From positions 1,537,068 through 1,601,067 of the forward strand of contig OZ245017.1 in the NCBI GenBank assembly GCA_965223785.1: a DNA stretch of 64,000 nt. Direction: 5' to 3'. The first letter of the stretch is position 1; each line of letters starts with the position of its first letter. Both the position numbers and the translations under genes were made by a program. The notes beneath the pieces were generated by a model. It did no database searches and was not told the DNA's origin. It saw nothing but the letters and a program-made list of their open reading frames with translations. Below are positions 1 to 10,711 of the stretch, one piece after another. This stretch comes from Phototrophicaceae bacterium (lineage in GTDB: Bacteria; Chloroflexota; Anaerolineae; Aggregatilineales; Phototrophicaceae).

Positions 1-567
1 CAGACGACAGACCATAAAAAACGACGCTGATGATGCCGCCGATGATGCCCAATGATAAGATCGTAAATGCGACAAAGCCCACAAACACCGTTAACTGACT
101 GACCTCGATTGCTGGCCCATCAAAGGGCAGTTGCACTGTATCGTAGCCAACATCAATGGCTGACGCCGAAACATCGCTCGACGTGCGTAAGAAAAAGCCA
201 CCTGGGATCGAGGCGAATCCCAGTAGAATCACCATTGTGATAATTGTAAGGAAGGCGATCAGCCACATTGACGAGATGAAGTTGCGGCGCGGGTCTTCAA
301 TTTCTTCCTCGTGTTCTTCTGGCTCTACAATGATGAGGCCTGTTTCGTCAACCTCCGGCTCATGCGGGTGGGTACTCATTTCCGGGTCGAAGCCACCCAT
401 GCCCCAGATGAAGAACCCAGCGGACATAAAACCGGCCATGATGAAACCCAGCTGCGGGTCAAACAACGGGTCAAGGCTTTGCAATCCCCGTATGATCATG
501 ACCAGGAGTGCACCAATAGCAAAGCCAATGATTGCTAACGGAACAGCACGATGTAATCCAGGTTTCA
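1..567 (-). CDS. Partial CDS (runs off the left edge) for a hydrophobic membrane protein directly downstream of ctaE. It may be a subunit-IV-like accessory protein of the oxidase operon.
   Basis: Minus-strand ATG at 565-567 opens a stop-free frame to position 1 (MKPGLHRAVPLAIIGFAIGALLVMI...) with several hydrophobic segments. It is absent from the ORF track only because it is incomplete. It is co-oriented with ctaCDE and 112 bp downstream of ctaE. Confidence 0.5.
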
Positions 568-679
568 TAAAAAAGTCTCTCCTGAAAACAGATTGTTTCA
601 ATAGATTTGAAGCGGTCCATGAGACGAACTTTCATTGCTCGTGATGAGCGTCAACTCATGGACAACTCCTGTGTCTACC

Positions 680-1255
680 CTATATCCAGTAAATTACGAT
701 ATAGAATAGCATCCAAGCCACAACAACAAAATACCACAATTTCGCCCCGGCCTCTACTGCCCAAAAATTATATTGCCCATATTGCCCCTCACGCCCATTT
801 TGATATACCACCAGCAGATAAATGCCGATCACAAAAGCATGGAAGATGTGAAAGCCTGTCATCAAGCGGAACACCTGAGCATATTGTGTTCCAGGTTTAA
901 TCACCGCCCATTCGTAAGCAATGATGAGGATAAACAAACTTCCCAGCGCCAGAAGGCCTTGCCACAAAGTCAAAAAAGCGCGGCGATTATCGGCCTGGAT
1001 TGCGTGTTGTGCCCGCCGCGTCAACACCCCACTCAAGAGCAAACTGCCTGTTGCCAGTGTTGCTGGAATCGGTGAAACAGGTTCAACGCCCTCTGGCAAC
1101 CAACTGGGTGAAAAGCGTAATTGCCAGTTCACTACCACCAGTGATATGAACACCATAATCCAACTGACTTGAAAAATGAACATGCCCGTACGTCGGTTGC
1201 GTAGGGCCTGGAGTTCTTCTCGTGTCAGGTGATCTTCCAGTAAGTCCATGATCAA
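680..1255 (-). CDS. ctaE: Cytochrome c oxidase subunit III
   Basis: 191-aa polytopic protein with the FHxFHAFVIG histidine motif typical of COX3. It is the third gene of the oxidase operon. Confidence 0.85.
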   Translation of the reverse strand: MIMDLLEDHLTREELQALRNRRTGMFIFQVSWIMVFISLVVVNWQLRFSPSWLPEGVEPVSPIPATLATGSLLLSGVLTRRAQHAIQADNRRAFLTLWQGLLALGSLFILIIAYEWAVIKPGTQYAQVFRLMTGFHIFHAFVIGIYLLVVYQNGREGQYGQYNFWAVEAGAKLWYFVVVAWMLFYIVIYWI

Positions 1256-1295
1256 TCAGTCAGGACGTTCTCGTCCTGGCTGCACTTTCGGTTAA

Positions 1296-3014
1296 CTAAT
1301 CTCCCGCTGGTTGTGGCTCAGGTTCGGATGTCATGGTCTCCCCGCCGTCCGCAGCAGGAGATGGCCCAAACCGTTTTTCCATCGCATCCAGATAGGCTTT
1401 CGATGCTTCTGTACCATAACCATAAGGATCCTCAAATGGAACTGGATCGCCGACAAAGTTATAGGGTGGTGGTGGAGATGTTGTTTGCCATTCTAATGTC
1501 AACGCACGCCAGGGATTAGCGCCAGCCTCTTTGCCTGTGACTGTGCTGCGAACCATGTTATACAACAGGACAAATGTAGAAATCCCCAAGACAAAGCTCG
1601 CGAAGCCAATCAATTGATTCAGGTCTTGCAAGGCCGGATCATACACGGCGACGCGGCGTGGCATCCCTTGCATCCCGACGATGTGCTGCGGGAAGAAGGT
1701 GAAAAAGAAGCCTAGATAAGTCAGGATAAAGTGAATGACGCCCAGGCGTTCATCTAACATGCGTCCGGTGATCTTAGGCCACCAGTGATACAGACCCGCA
1801 TAAATCCCGAAGACGCTGCCACCATACAGCACAAAGTGGAAATGACTCACCACGAAATAGGTGTCATGCATGTGCAAATCAACAGGCACATTCCCCAGCA
1901 TGACCCCTGTAATCCCCCCGATCACGAACATCGACAAGAAACCCAGGCCAAAGAGCATCGCGCTGGTCAGCCGGATTTTGCCCTGCCAGATAGTCGCCAA
2001 CCAACTAAACACCTTGATACCAGTCGGTACGGCGATAATCAACGAGGTAATCATGAAGGGGATGCGCAGTTCAGGTTGTAGGCTGGTGAACATGTGATGG
2101 GCCCAGACCGTAAAACCGACAAGCGCAATCGCCATACTAGAAAGGGCAATCATGCGATAGCCAAAGATCGGTTTCCGTGCATGGATGGACAACACCTCTG
2201 AAAGGATGCCGAAACCGGGCAGTACCATGATATACACAGCAGGATGGCTGTAGAACCAGAAGATATTCTGCCATAGCAGAACATCACCACCACCAGCCGG
2301 GTTAAAAAAAGTTGTACCCGCCACACGATCCATCAGTAGGAGTGTCAAAGCACCTGCCAGAAATGGTGTCGCCAGGACGACGATAATTGATGTTGCCAAA
2401 ATTGCCCAAACAAACAAGGGCATCTGGAACCAACCCATCGTAGCCGGCCGCATATTCTTGATGGTCACAATGAAGTTGATAGCACCCAAAATAGAAGACA
2501 GCCCGCCAATGTGAATGGACAAAATCCATAATGTTTGACCATCACCACTATATTCAGCAATGGTGCTAAGCGGCGGATAACTTGTCCATCCGGCCTCTGC
2601 CTGACCAACAAAGTAACCCATAATCAACAACATACCAGCAGGGGGGAGTAGCCAAAAGGCAAAGGCGTTCAACCAAGGGAAGGCCATGTCCTTCGCACCC
2701 AACATTAAGGGCACAAGGTAATTGCCAAATCCGGCAAACATGGGCACAATCCAGAAGAAGATCATCATGGTTCCATGAATGCTGAAAAGACTGTTATAGG
2801 TTTCCCCATTTGCTACTATATCAAGTTCCGGGGTCAGCAGTTCCCAGCGAATGAGCATCGCCAGGGCACCCGCAAACACAAAAAAGAACAGCGAAGTGAC
2901 CATATACTGAACACCGATGATCTTGTGATCGATTGTCCAGCGCAGATATTCGCTGATTGCAGGCCGCTTAACAGTGGGTTGGGTTTTCCCCAGTGGATAA
3001 GAAGCAGTTGCCAT
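1296..3014 (-). CDS. ctaD: Cytochrome c oxidase subunit I (heme-copper oxidase catalytic subunit)
   Basis: 572 aa with 12 or more TM segments and COX1 signature stretches (WFYSHPAVYIMVLPGFG, HHMFTSL, GGITGVMLGN). Confidence 0.95.
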   Translation of the reverse strand: MATASYPLGKTQPTVKRPAISEYLRWTIDHKIIGVQYMVTSLFFFVFAGALAMLIRWELLTPELDIVANGETYNSLFSIHGTMMIFFWIVPMFAGFGNYLVPLMLGAKDMAFPWLNAFAFWLLPPAGMLLIMGYFVGQAEAGWTSYPPLSTIAEYSGDGQTLWILSIHIGGLSSILGAINFIVTIKNMRPATMGWFQMPLFVWAILATSIIVVLATPFLAGALTLLLMDRVAGTTFFNPAGGGDVLLWQNIFWFYSHPAVYIMVLPGFGILSEVLSIHARKPIFGYRMIALSSMAIALVGFTVWAHHMFTSLQPELRIPFMITSLIIAVPTGIKVFSWLATIWQGKIRLTSAMLFGLGFLSMFVIGGITGVMLGNVPVDLHMHDTYFVVSHFHFVLYGGSVFGIYAGLYHWWPKITGRMLDERLGVIHFILTYLGFFFTFFPQHIVGMQGMPRRVAVYDPALQDLNQLIGFASFVLGISTFVLLYNMVRSTVTGKEAGANPWRALTLEWQTTSPPPPYNFVGDPVPFEDPYGYGTEASKAYLDAMEKRFGPSPAADGGETMTSEPEPQPAGD

Positions 3015-3034
3015 TACGTTTCTCCCGCGAAAAT

Positions 3035-4249
3035 CTAGTTGTCATCCTGGAAGCCTTCAGCATAGGCTTCCAGATTCCCCAGGTCACAGTTGGATTCACC
3101 CGTGTCGGTCAATGTACACAGGTAGGCCACAATCGCTTTGGCATCTTCTTCCGCCATAAAGTTTGGAGCCGTGCTATCACCTAACTGAAAATTGTTCATC
3201 AAATTGCCAAAACCCGGTACGAGGTAGGCTCCTGGTGTGTAGATGGTTGCGTATAGATATTCTTCCGCTGCCTGACCGCTGACACGGGTGCCCGCACGAT
3301 TACCGATACCCGTCAAAGCTGGGCCAGTGTTACCGTTCCAACTAATGCCAAAGTCTTCATCTTGCAGCACATGACAGCCCGAACAGGGGTATGCGCCGGA
3401 TGCTAACAGTGTACCACCTAGTTCTGCCGGGTCTTCTGGAGGGAAGATTCGACGCTCTTTTTCGGGTTCAATGAAGTTTGCTAGATAGGTTTCTTCATCT
3501 TCATGCACGATGATAAAGGTATACATAGAGCCATGCCCACCGCCACATAATTCGGTACAAACCACACGATATTCGCCGGCCTCAATAGGGGTAAAACTAA
3601 TCTCCGTTGTGCGACCAGGAAGCAAATCCTGTTTGATACGCATCGCGGGAACCCAAAAGGAGTGAATAACATCCTGGGCGTCCATAACCATCCGAACAGG
3701 ACGATCTTTGTAGGTGTGGAGCACGCTGGAAGAGATCTTCGGGTCAGTGTTTTGTGTATCGCAGTCAATTCGAGCATCCGCTTGATCGCTAGCGCAGTCC
3801 AGGCTGGGTTCATAGTAATTGAATGTCCAGGCGAAGCGCACGCCGGTGGCATTCACCACGAGTTCGTCACTCTTGGGCTCACGAATGTCCGTCCAAACCT
3901 GATAGCTATAAATGACCAAAAATAAAACAACTACTGATGGAATCGCAGTCCAGACCAACTCCAATGTGACGTTTCCGTGGATGGTTGGGCCGTCGGATGT
4001 ATCGCCTGGGGCAACTCGATAACGAATGACGGAAAATAATAACAGGCCCTGTACCAACAAGAACAGACCACCACCCAAGATGAGTAATACTTCAAAAAGA
4101 CGATCAATCTGCTTGGCTTCTGCCGAAGCTTGGGTGGGGAGGAGGCTGATTTCCCATTGAGCGATGATAAAACCGCCGATGAGTAAAATAACGGTCAAAC
4201 CGATAATCAAGGGGCCAAGTGCATTATTCGAACGGTTACTCAAATCCAT
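3035..4249 (-). CDS. ctaC: Cytochrome c oxidase subunit II with a fused C-terminal cytochrome c domain (caa3-type)
   Basis: N-terminal TM helices, CuA site (HSFWVPAMRIK, CTELCGGGHGSM) and a C-terminal CSGCH heme-binding motif. Confidence 0.9.
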   Translation of the reverse strand: MDLSNRSNNALGPLIIGLTVILLIGGFIIAQWEISLLPTQASAEAKQIDRLFEVLLILGGGLFLLVQGLLLFSVIRYRVAPGDTSDGPTIHGNVTLELVWTAIPSVVVLFLVIYSYQVWTDIREPKSDELVVNATGVRFAWTFNYYEPSLDCASDQADARIDCDTQNTDPKISSSVLHTYKDRPVRMVMDAQDVIHSFWVPAMRIKQDLLPGRTTEISFTPIEAGEYRVVCTELCGGGHGSMYTFIIVHEDEETYLANFIEPEKERRIFPPEDPAELGGTLLASGAYPCSGCHVLQDEDFGISWNGNTGPALTGIGNRAGTRVSGQAAEEYLYATIYTPGAYLVPGFGNLMNNFQLGDSTAPNFMAEEDAKAIVAYLCTLTDTGESNCDLGNLEAYAEGFQDDN

Positions 4250-4731
4250 TTGTTAAACCCTGAACTGAATGCTGCAACACATGATAGCATAGCTTTCACC
4301 CAACCCAAAACCATGCTTATCTGTTAATTATGATTTGTTACAATTTACACAATCGCGCCGTACATTCTACATGATCTTTACTTCTTTGGCAAGCACTTGC
4401 CTTGTTTTCATTTGACGATGGAGAGTATAATGAACAGTATGCTGTTAACATGGAGAAAATGACCAATGGGTTTAGCCGTTTTTGTCATGATTATACTCAT
4501 TCTTGTTTGCTTGGGCATGATTGCAGGGGTGATGTTCTATGGTTCGCAACACGATTCGCATACGGCGATCCGGTGTGCTGAATCATCGCGTGCTGTACAA
4601 ACGCTGAGTGAGCAGAATGCAGCCATGAAGAGCAAATTAGCAGAATCACAGGAAAACTAACGGTTTGTTGATGCAACCTTTGTGTTTTTCTAACATGACA
4701 GTTGCTATCATAATCTCCAGGTTGAGGAACT

Positions 4732-5349
4732 ATGATGAAAGACCAGATTCAGCAGGCGCTAGAAGCATTGAATAGCGTTGACGAACAGCTGCGGGCAGAT
4801 GCCATCGAATTGCTAGGCGACTCTCGGCATAAGCCAGCCGTCCCCCAGCTTGTTAGTATTTTGCGCGATGCTGATCCGGGCACGACCTTTATCACGGCGA
4901 AAGCATTGGGCAAGATTGCCGATAACATGGCAGTCCCAGCGCTGTTGGATGTCATGCGCGGTGATGATATCTGGGTTCGTGCTGCGGCAACAGGCGCTCT
5001 GATCAACATTGGCCCCGCATCCGTCAGTGGTCTAGCAGATGCGTTGGGTGATGGCGATAAGGCCGTCCGCCGTGCAGCCGCCAAAGCACTTGGCAAAATT
5101 GGTGAAGTCGGCGAAGACAATAAAGCCTTGCGCAGGCTTTCCACCGCTTTGCTCGATATTGACAAGAGTGTACGCCGTTTTGCAGCCGAAGCACTAGGCC
5201 GCATTGAAGCTGACACAATGGTTCCCGAACTCACCGAAGTGTTGGATGATCGTGATCCCAAAGTACGGATTGCGGCCTTCAAAGCGTTGGCAAAGATTGA
5301 TACACCAGAGGCACAGCAAGCAGTGCGCGAGTGGGTACGCGATCAATAA
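4732..5349 (+). CDS. HEAT-repeat (PBS-lyase-like) protein
   Basis: Repeated roughly 30-aa units of the form VRxxAAxALGKIGD. RBS GGAAC before the ATG. Confidence 0.7.
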   Translation: MMKDQIQQALEALNSVDEQLRADAIELLGDSRHKPAVPQLVSILRDADPGTTFITAKALGKIADNMAVPALLDVMRGDDIWVRAAATGALINIGPASVSGLADALGDGDKAVRRAAAKALGKIGEVGEDNKALRRLSTALLDIDKSVRRFAAEALGRIEADTMVPELTEVLDDRDPKVRIAAFKALAKIDTPEAQQAVREWVRDQ

Positions 5350-5477
5350 ACTGTCTGACCCAGCCAGTGCCCTCCAGATAATTTGAGTTGTTACCACACC
5401 GTGAAGTCCCCGGGGTCTCCAGGCAGGCCCGTTTTTCTATGAAAAGGGCGGGGGGAAAACCCTCCCTTTGATGCAAG

Positions 5478-6926
5478 TTAACCTTGTCCTTGTGCTTCGT
5501 CCTTGTCCTCAGCGCTGTCGCTACCTTCCGAGGGCGGTTCCGGCACAAATGTGCGTGGGACCGCGGCTCCGGTATACACTGGACAGCCCTCTGCCGGGAT
5601 CAAGATGGTTTGACCAGGCCTCACCGCTCGCACATCGGAAATCTCATTGGCTTCAACGAGGCAGCCTGTTAATACATTAAAGTCCGCCGCAATCTGGTCG
5701 AGGTTGTCCAATGGCTGAATAACATAGAGTTTGCCGTCTACACTGCCGCCAGCACCACCACCTTCGGCGAGGTTCGGCTCATCCAACGCTGGGTAAACAC
5801 CATAGGGGGGGGCGTTATTGGGGATGATGATCGTTTGTCCAATCTGGACAGTGACATCATCTTCAAGCCCATTCGCTACTTGCAACGAAATTACGGATAC
5901 GTTAAACGCCCGTCCGATGCTATCCAACGACTCACGGGGTTGTACGACGTACAATTCGCCATCCACCTCATCCGGATCGAAATTAGTTTCCAGCAGAACA
6001 GTTTCACCAAATCGGGGGCCTTCATCTGGAATGAGCAGTGTCGTTCCCGGCGAAACACGATCTGATTCTAGACCATTCACCTTCTTCAAATGATTTATCG
6101 CAACATCATATGCCAGTGCGATGTCGCTCAGGGTGTCTGACGGCTGCACAACATAGAGTTCGCCTTCCGCAAAATCGGGATTATCCAGCGCGGGGAAAAC
6201 GCCATAAGATGGCGCATCGTTCGGGATTAGCAGTATTTGACCAGGTGTGATGGTCCCATTATCTTCTAGACCATTGGCAATTTGTAGCGAAATCACTGAG
6301 ACGTCAAACTCTTGTCCGATGGTATCAAGGGTGTTGCCCGGCTGCACGACGATTGTTTCCCCATTGAATGCACCGCCGCGTCCTTCCGAGCTATCTGCCA
6401 ATGGTTCCAATGCTGGAAACTTGCCATAAGGTGGGGCGTCAGCCGGAATTGTGAGGACTTGCCCTGGTTTGATGGTCACATCATCCACCAGATCGTTTTC
6501 AATCTGGAGCGAGATAATCGAAATGTTCAGGCCTTGAGCGATAGTATCCAGTGTGTCACCGACCTGCACCATATATTCATCGGGGCCGGTGTCTGCACCG
6601 CGTGCGTCTTCACGCGGAATATCCACAGTCTGCAAGCCAACATAAAATGGACAATCCACACGGATAAACAGTTTGTCGCCCGGTTGGATGGTGGTGTCTT
6701 CCCGATTGGACGTCAAATCATTTGTTTCGCGCAGGCAGGCCAGGCTCACATCAAATCGAGCAGCGATGACCTCTAATGAATCACCCGGACTCACGCTATA
6801 AATAACGTCATCGGTCAGGGGCAAGTCCACACTAGAAGCAGTGATTGTATCTGGGTCGTCATCTTGCCCCAGGATGACCGAAGCCATCAAGACGACCAGT
6901 ACCAGGATGAACAATTTGCGTAGCAT
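5478..6926 (-). CDS. Secreted protein with six LysM peptidoglycan-binding domains
   Basis: Signal peptide, then six repeats of Y(V/M)VQPGDTL(D/S)xIAxxxxVSxxxLxxxNxLxxxxxxxPGQxLxIP separated by PxYG-containing linkers. Confidence 0.85.
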   Translation of the reverse strand: MLRKLFILVLVVLMASVILGQDDDPDTITASSVDLPLTDDVIYSVSPGDSLEVIAARFDVSLACLRETNDLTSNREDTTIQPGDKLFIRVDCPFYVGLQTVDIPREDARGADTGPDEYMVQVGDTLDTIAQGLNISIISLQIENDLVDDVTIKPGQVLTIPADAPPYGKFPALEPLADSSEGRGGAFNGETIVVQPGNTLDTIGQEFDVSVISLQIANGLEDNGTITPGQILLIPNDAPSYGVFPALDNPDFAEGELYVVQPSDTLSDIALAYDVAINHLKKVNGLESDRVSPGTTLLIPDEGPRFGETVLLETNFDPDEVDGELYVVQPRESLDSIGRAFNVSVISLQVANGLEDDVTVQIGQTIIIPNNAPPYGVYPALDEPNLAEGGGAGGSVDGKLYVIQPLDNLDQIAADFNVLTGCLVEANEISDVRAVRPGQTILIPAEGCPVYTGAAVPRTFVPEPPSEGSDSAEDKDEAQGQG

Positions 6927-7044
6927 AGGCCCCTCTTTATATTTATGATGTGTAATCTACTTAATAGCATACCACTTTTCCTATTGAACCTGATAGGACT
7001 TTTGGGTAATATCATGCGAACATATTTTCTGTGATGGAGGGAAG

Positions 7045-7890
7045 ATGACATTATCTGATTTTGACACCCTGTGGGATTACAACGACCCCGCAGCAACCGA
7101 GCAGAAATTCCGTGAGATACTATCCGAACAGATTGCTGATCGTTCCTACCATGCCCAGTTATTAACTCAGCTTGCCCGCACACAGGCCTTGCAGCGCCAA
7201 TTTGATGTCGCTCACACCACTCTAGACGAGGCCCAGGCACTGTTGGCGGACGATCCGATTGCCACCGTGCGTTATCTTCTGGAACGAGGCCGCACGTTCA
7301 ACTCCTCGCAGAAACAAGCTGAAGCCTTACCTTTATTTATTGAAGCGTGGGAGAAAGCACAGGCCGCCGGACTTGATGGATACGCGGTTGATGCCGCCCA
7401 TATGGTCGCAATTGCCGATTCAGACAATGCTCTTGGATGGAACCTGAAAGCCATAAATTATGCCGAGCAATCTCCCCATAAAGATGCCAAGCGTTGGCTT
7501 GGGTCACTTTACAATAACACAGGCTGGTCGTATTTTGATGTAGGCGATCTTGAAAAGGCTTTGGCTATCTTCAAACGGGCATTGGGTTGGCATCAGGCAC
7601 ACGGCAAACCACGCACGATTCGTATAGCCCATTGGACAATTGCCAGAACGCTGCGCGAGATGGGACGGCTCGAAGAAGCATTGGAAATCCAGCAGCGTTT
7701 ACTTGAAACCGCAGAAGATGAACCGGACGGCTACCTCTATGAAGAAATGGCAGAACTGCTCCATGCGCTGGGGCAGGTGAATGAAGCGAAACCACACTTT
7801 ACTAAGGCCTACAAGCTCTTATCCCAAGACCCCTGGCTTATGGATACTGAATCCCAACGGGTAGAGCGACTGAAAAAGATGGGTACATAA
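7045..7890 (+). CDS. TPR-like helical repeat protein of unknown function
   Basis: 281 aa, all-helical, with a repetitive Ala/Leu-rich composition. No catalytic motif was recognised. Confidence 0.5.
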   Translation: MTLSDFDTLWDYNDPAATEQKFREILSEQIADRSYHAQLLTQLARTQALQRQFDVAHTTLDEAQALLADDPIATVRYLLERGRTFNSSQKQAEALPLFIEAWEKAQAAGLDGYAVDAAHMVAIADSDNALGWNLKAINYAEQSPHKDAKRWLGSLYNNTGWSYFDVGDLEKALAIFKRALGWHQAHGKPRTIRIAHWTIARTLREMGRLEEALEIQQRLLETAEDEPDGYLYEEMAELLHALGQVNEAKPHFTKAYKLLSQDPWLMDTESQRVERLKKMGT

Positions 7891-7927
7891 AGTATCACCA
7901 TGACACTAATCATAACTCCGCTATAAT

Positions 7928-8890
7928 ATGAATATGAAATGGTCAATTGCGTTTATTCCTCTGTTTTTGTCACTGGCGGCCTGCGGTCAGGAAAATCAAA
8001 ACCAGCCACTCCCCACCTTGGTTGAAATGGCTGAAGTATCATCTATGCCCAGTAGCGCCGATTCAACCGCAACCTCCCTTAGTGTGCCCACCCTGCCGCC
8101 TACCTGGACGGTCACATCTATTCCTACTGAAACACAAACCGTGACCATCACGCCCAGCATGACCATTACCGATACTGAAACCCCAACCCCGACCAACACC
8201 GCCTCCGGCACACCTGAACCTAGCAGCTTACTCTTCCTGGCACAGACCGCCGCCGTCTCGTCACCGTTGCCCCAGGAATTGCGTCCGGTTGTACCAACGA
8301 TAACACCCACACCCCAGGGAACGCTGATTAGCCCCCTTATGACTCCCACTGGAACCCGCAGCGAATTGTTGACGCCAACCACCGTCACGTCCTGTCAGTT
8401 CTTGCCATCCGCTGGATTTGCAACTATCTTCAACACTGACCCCGCCTTGCTCACGACCCTAGGCTGTCCAGTGGGTACGCCCCCTGTGGTGGCCTCTCTA
8501 AATAACGCCCTCCAAACCTTCCAGAATGGTAGGATGTTGTGGCTCGATGATATTATCGGGCATATTTATGTGCTTCGTGCTGACGGAACCTTCGTCCGCT
8601 TTGACGACACCTTTGAAAGCTCTACTGATCCTGAATCTGGTGGATTAACCCCACCATCTGGCCTAATTGAGCCGATTCGAGGCTTTGGCAAAGTCTGGCG
8701 CGATAATCAGTTCGTGCATGATTCGCTGGGTTGGGCAACCGCTATCGAAGCGGGCAGTGTCGCTACTGTACAGGACTTCGTCAAAGGACGCATGATGTAC
8801 ATTCCGATACAGAACGAAATCCTCATTCTCGTCTATACAAACAGTGGGCCAACTGCCGGAACATGGCGGGCGGTTCCCGGTCAATTTTAA
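7928..8890 (+). CDS. Lipoprotein with a Thr/Pro-rich linker and a C-terminal globular domain (unknown function)
   Basis: Signal peptide plus lipobox LSLAAC, then a long PT-rich low-complexity region. Confidence 0.6.
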   Translation: MNMKWSIAFIPLFLSLAACGQENQNQPLPTLVEMAEVSSMPSSADSTATSLSVPTLPPTWTVTSIPTETQTVTITPSMTITDTETPTPTNTASGTPEPSSLLFLAQTAAVSSPLPQELRPVVPTITPTPQGTLISPLMTPTGTRSELLTPTTVTSCQFLPSAGFATIFNTDPALLTTLGCPVGTPPVVASLNNALQTFQNGRMLWLDDIIGHIYVLRADGTFVRFDDTFESSTDPESGGLTPPSGLIEPIRGFGKVWRDNQFVHDSLGWATAIEAGSVATVQDFVKGRMMYIPIQNEILILVYTNSGPTAGTWRAVPGQF

Positions 8891-9709
8891 ATGCTCAGGT
8901 TGAGTCTATGGTTGACGACCATCAGCAGCGCTCTGCTGGCCTTTGTCATATTCCTTTCGCTTGGATGGGGCAATTTCCAGCATGCCGATATGATCGCATT
9001 TAACCAGAATCTTAACAACACACTCGATATTGCTCTAATCGATGTGTCCACGCGCTTGCGGGTCAACATGACCCAGAATCCGGGGAATGATAAAGATGCG
9101 GTTTGGTCGCCCGATGGTAGCCGTCTGGCCTATCTTTCTAACCAAACTGGCTCCGAGCATGTGTATGTCCTGGATTTCCTCGCAGACGAAACCTGCCTAC
9201 TCACACCATCCGAGGACGATAAAACCTTCCTTTATCATCCCTATGAACTGCCCCAGTGGTCAGCCGACGGTAAACGGGTGGTTGTCTTCCGGCATGGGGT
9301 TAATCGGTGGAATGAAACAATATTCCTGACGATCAACGTAAAAAACGGTGAAGCCACACAAATCAATCAAGATCATCCCGACGCCATCCATTACATCCAA
9401 AACATGCAGGTAGGGGCAGTCGATTCGCCTGATAATCGTTATGAAGCTCTGTTGGATGTCATGGATGACCAGGAAACGATAGGCCTCTTTTTGGTAGAGA
9501 ATGGTGAAAGACGGTTACTCTATATTGTCGGCAGTATGAACGACTATCAGCGCAGCGTATTTTCCTGGTCGCCGGATAGCCAACAGATCGCCCTGATCGT
9601 GACCAAGCAAAACAGCCAACAGTTGCTCATCGTCAATGTCAAAACGGGCGCCGGTCGTCTTCTTACCCACCATGCCGATCCGACCAGCATCCCCGCGTGG
9701 CGACCATGA
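8891..9709 (+). CDS. TolB-like beta-propeller (PD40/WD40-like repeat) membrane-anchored protein
   Basis: N-terminal TM helix and DAVWSPDGSRLAY / WSADGKRVVVF / FSWSPDSQQIALI PD40-type repeats. Confidence 0.65.
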   Translation: MLRLSLWLTTISSALLAFVIFLSLGWGNFQHADMIAFNQNLNNTLDIALIDVSTRLRVNMTQNPGNDKDAVWSPDGSRLAYLSNQTGSEHVYVLDFLADETCLLTPSEDDKTFLYHPYELPQWSADGKRVVVFRHGVNRWNETIFLTINVKNGEATQINQDHPDAIHYIQNMQVGAVDSPDNRYEALLDVMDDQETIGLFLVENGERRLLYIVGSMNDYQRSVFSWSPDSQQIALIVTKQNSQQLLIVNVKTGAGRLLTHHADPTSIPAWRP

Positions 9710-10492
9710 CAAAGCATACTTTAGCCTGGGCGATTAGAGTGTCACTCATTTTTGTGTTGGTCATGTTTGCAGCTATGGCGGTTGCCCCTGAAGGTTGGAC
9801 GCTCACCTATGTTCTTTCAAAGGATAATTATGAAGTCACTCTATGGGATGTAAGTCGGAGAATAGAGGTGGCATCGTATAGCCGATATCCGCCGATCATA
9901 TCGCCAACTGGCAAACATGTGGTATTCCAGCTTCCAGAGCCACCATCAGAAGATTCCCGAATGGATTTGGTAGATTGTAGAACAGGCGAATCTTTGACAA
10001 CCATCCAATCATCCATATCTATAAATCCAGCTTGGTCACCTGACGCAAATAAGCTGGTATCCGGCCTCAACATCTTATGGCTCAATATCGAATCCAGCCT
10101 GGTCGTATGATGAGAAACGAATCGCTTATGTGGCTCGAACACCGGATAACAGTCTATATGCTGTAATTGCTCAATCTGAATCACAGTCGATTGAAGTGGA
10201 GGGTGTAAATGATATTCTTAGCCTTGAATGGTCACCCGATGGTCATGCTGTGGCAATGGTTGGTCATCTATTCAATAATAACCTGGGGCTTTTCACCCTT
10301 CATGAAGCGTTTGACTTTTATCCCATGCTTCTTTTCTCTCCACTTGGGGGGCATCGTGTGATCTGGTCTCCAGATAGTACAGCGATTGCTCATAGTCGTC
10401 TTATAGAGAATTCGGTCTATATTTACAACCTAAACACTGGAGACGATTCTCCGATCAACAAGAATTCCCCCTATAGGATGCATCTTCATTGA
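9697..10492 (+). pseudogene. Frameshifted tandem paralog of the TolB-like PD40 repeat protein
   Basis: ORF 9697..10110 (PAWSPDANKLVSG) and ORF 10130..10492 (WSPDGHAVAMVG, IWSPDSTAIAHS) are the same protein split by a +1 frame change. The +1 frame across 10090-10140 reads continuously PAWSYDEKRIAYVARTPDNSLYAV, another PD40 repeat. Confidence 0.5.
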
Positions 10493-10572
10493 TGAAAGCT
10501 GTTGCATCATAATCTGTATGATCCCTAATTGAACATCTACATGTCTGTTACGCTTTGTCTGTATTTTCTAAC

Positions 10573-10601
10573 TTGCATTTCTAGAACTTATGTTCTAAAA
10601 T
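10573..10601 (+). promoter_or_regulatory. Candidate sigma-A promoter (TTGCAT-17-TAAAAT) with a perfect LexA/Cheo box AGAACTTATGTTCT in the spacer
   Basis: -35 at 10573-10578, -10 at 10596-10601, palindrome AGAAC-N4-GTTCT at 10583-10596. It lies about 110 bp upstream of the lytic transglycosylase ORF. Confidence 0.5.
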
Positions 10602-10711
10602 AGTGCCTGCAACCTTCACATAAATAGTCCCGTAGAAGTTTGTTAGAACCTTACGACATTTAATCAATTTCATAATCTTTTCCTTTAGAATGGCCCTTGT
10701 AGAGAAATGGA

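Noticed and set aside
156-644. Plus-strand ORF of 162 aa
   Set aside because: Antisense to a much better minus-strand membrane-protein frame in the cox operon. Odd composition and no RBS.
4749-5282. 177-aa minus-strand ORF
   Set aside because: Antisense shadow of the HEAT-repeat gene; Ala/Ser-rich low complexity.
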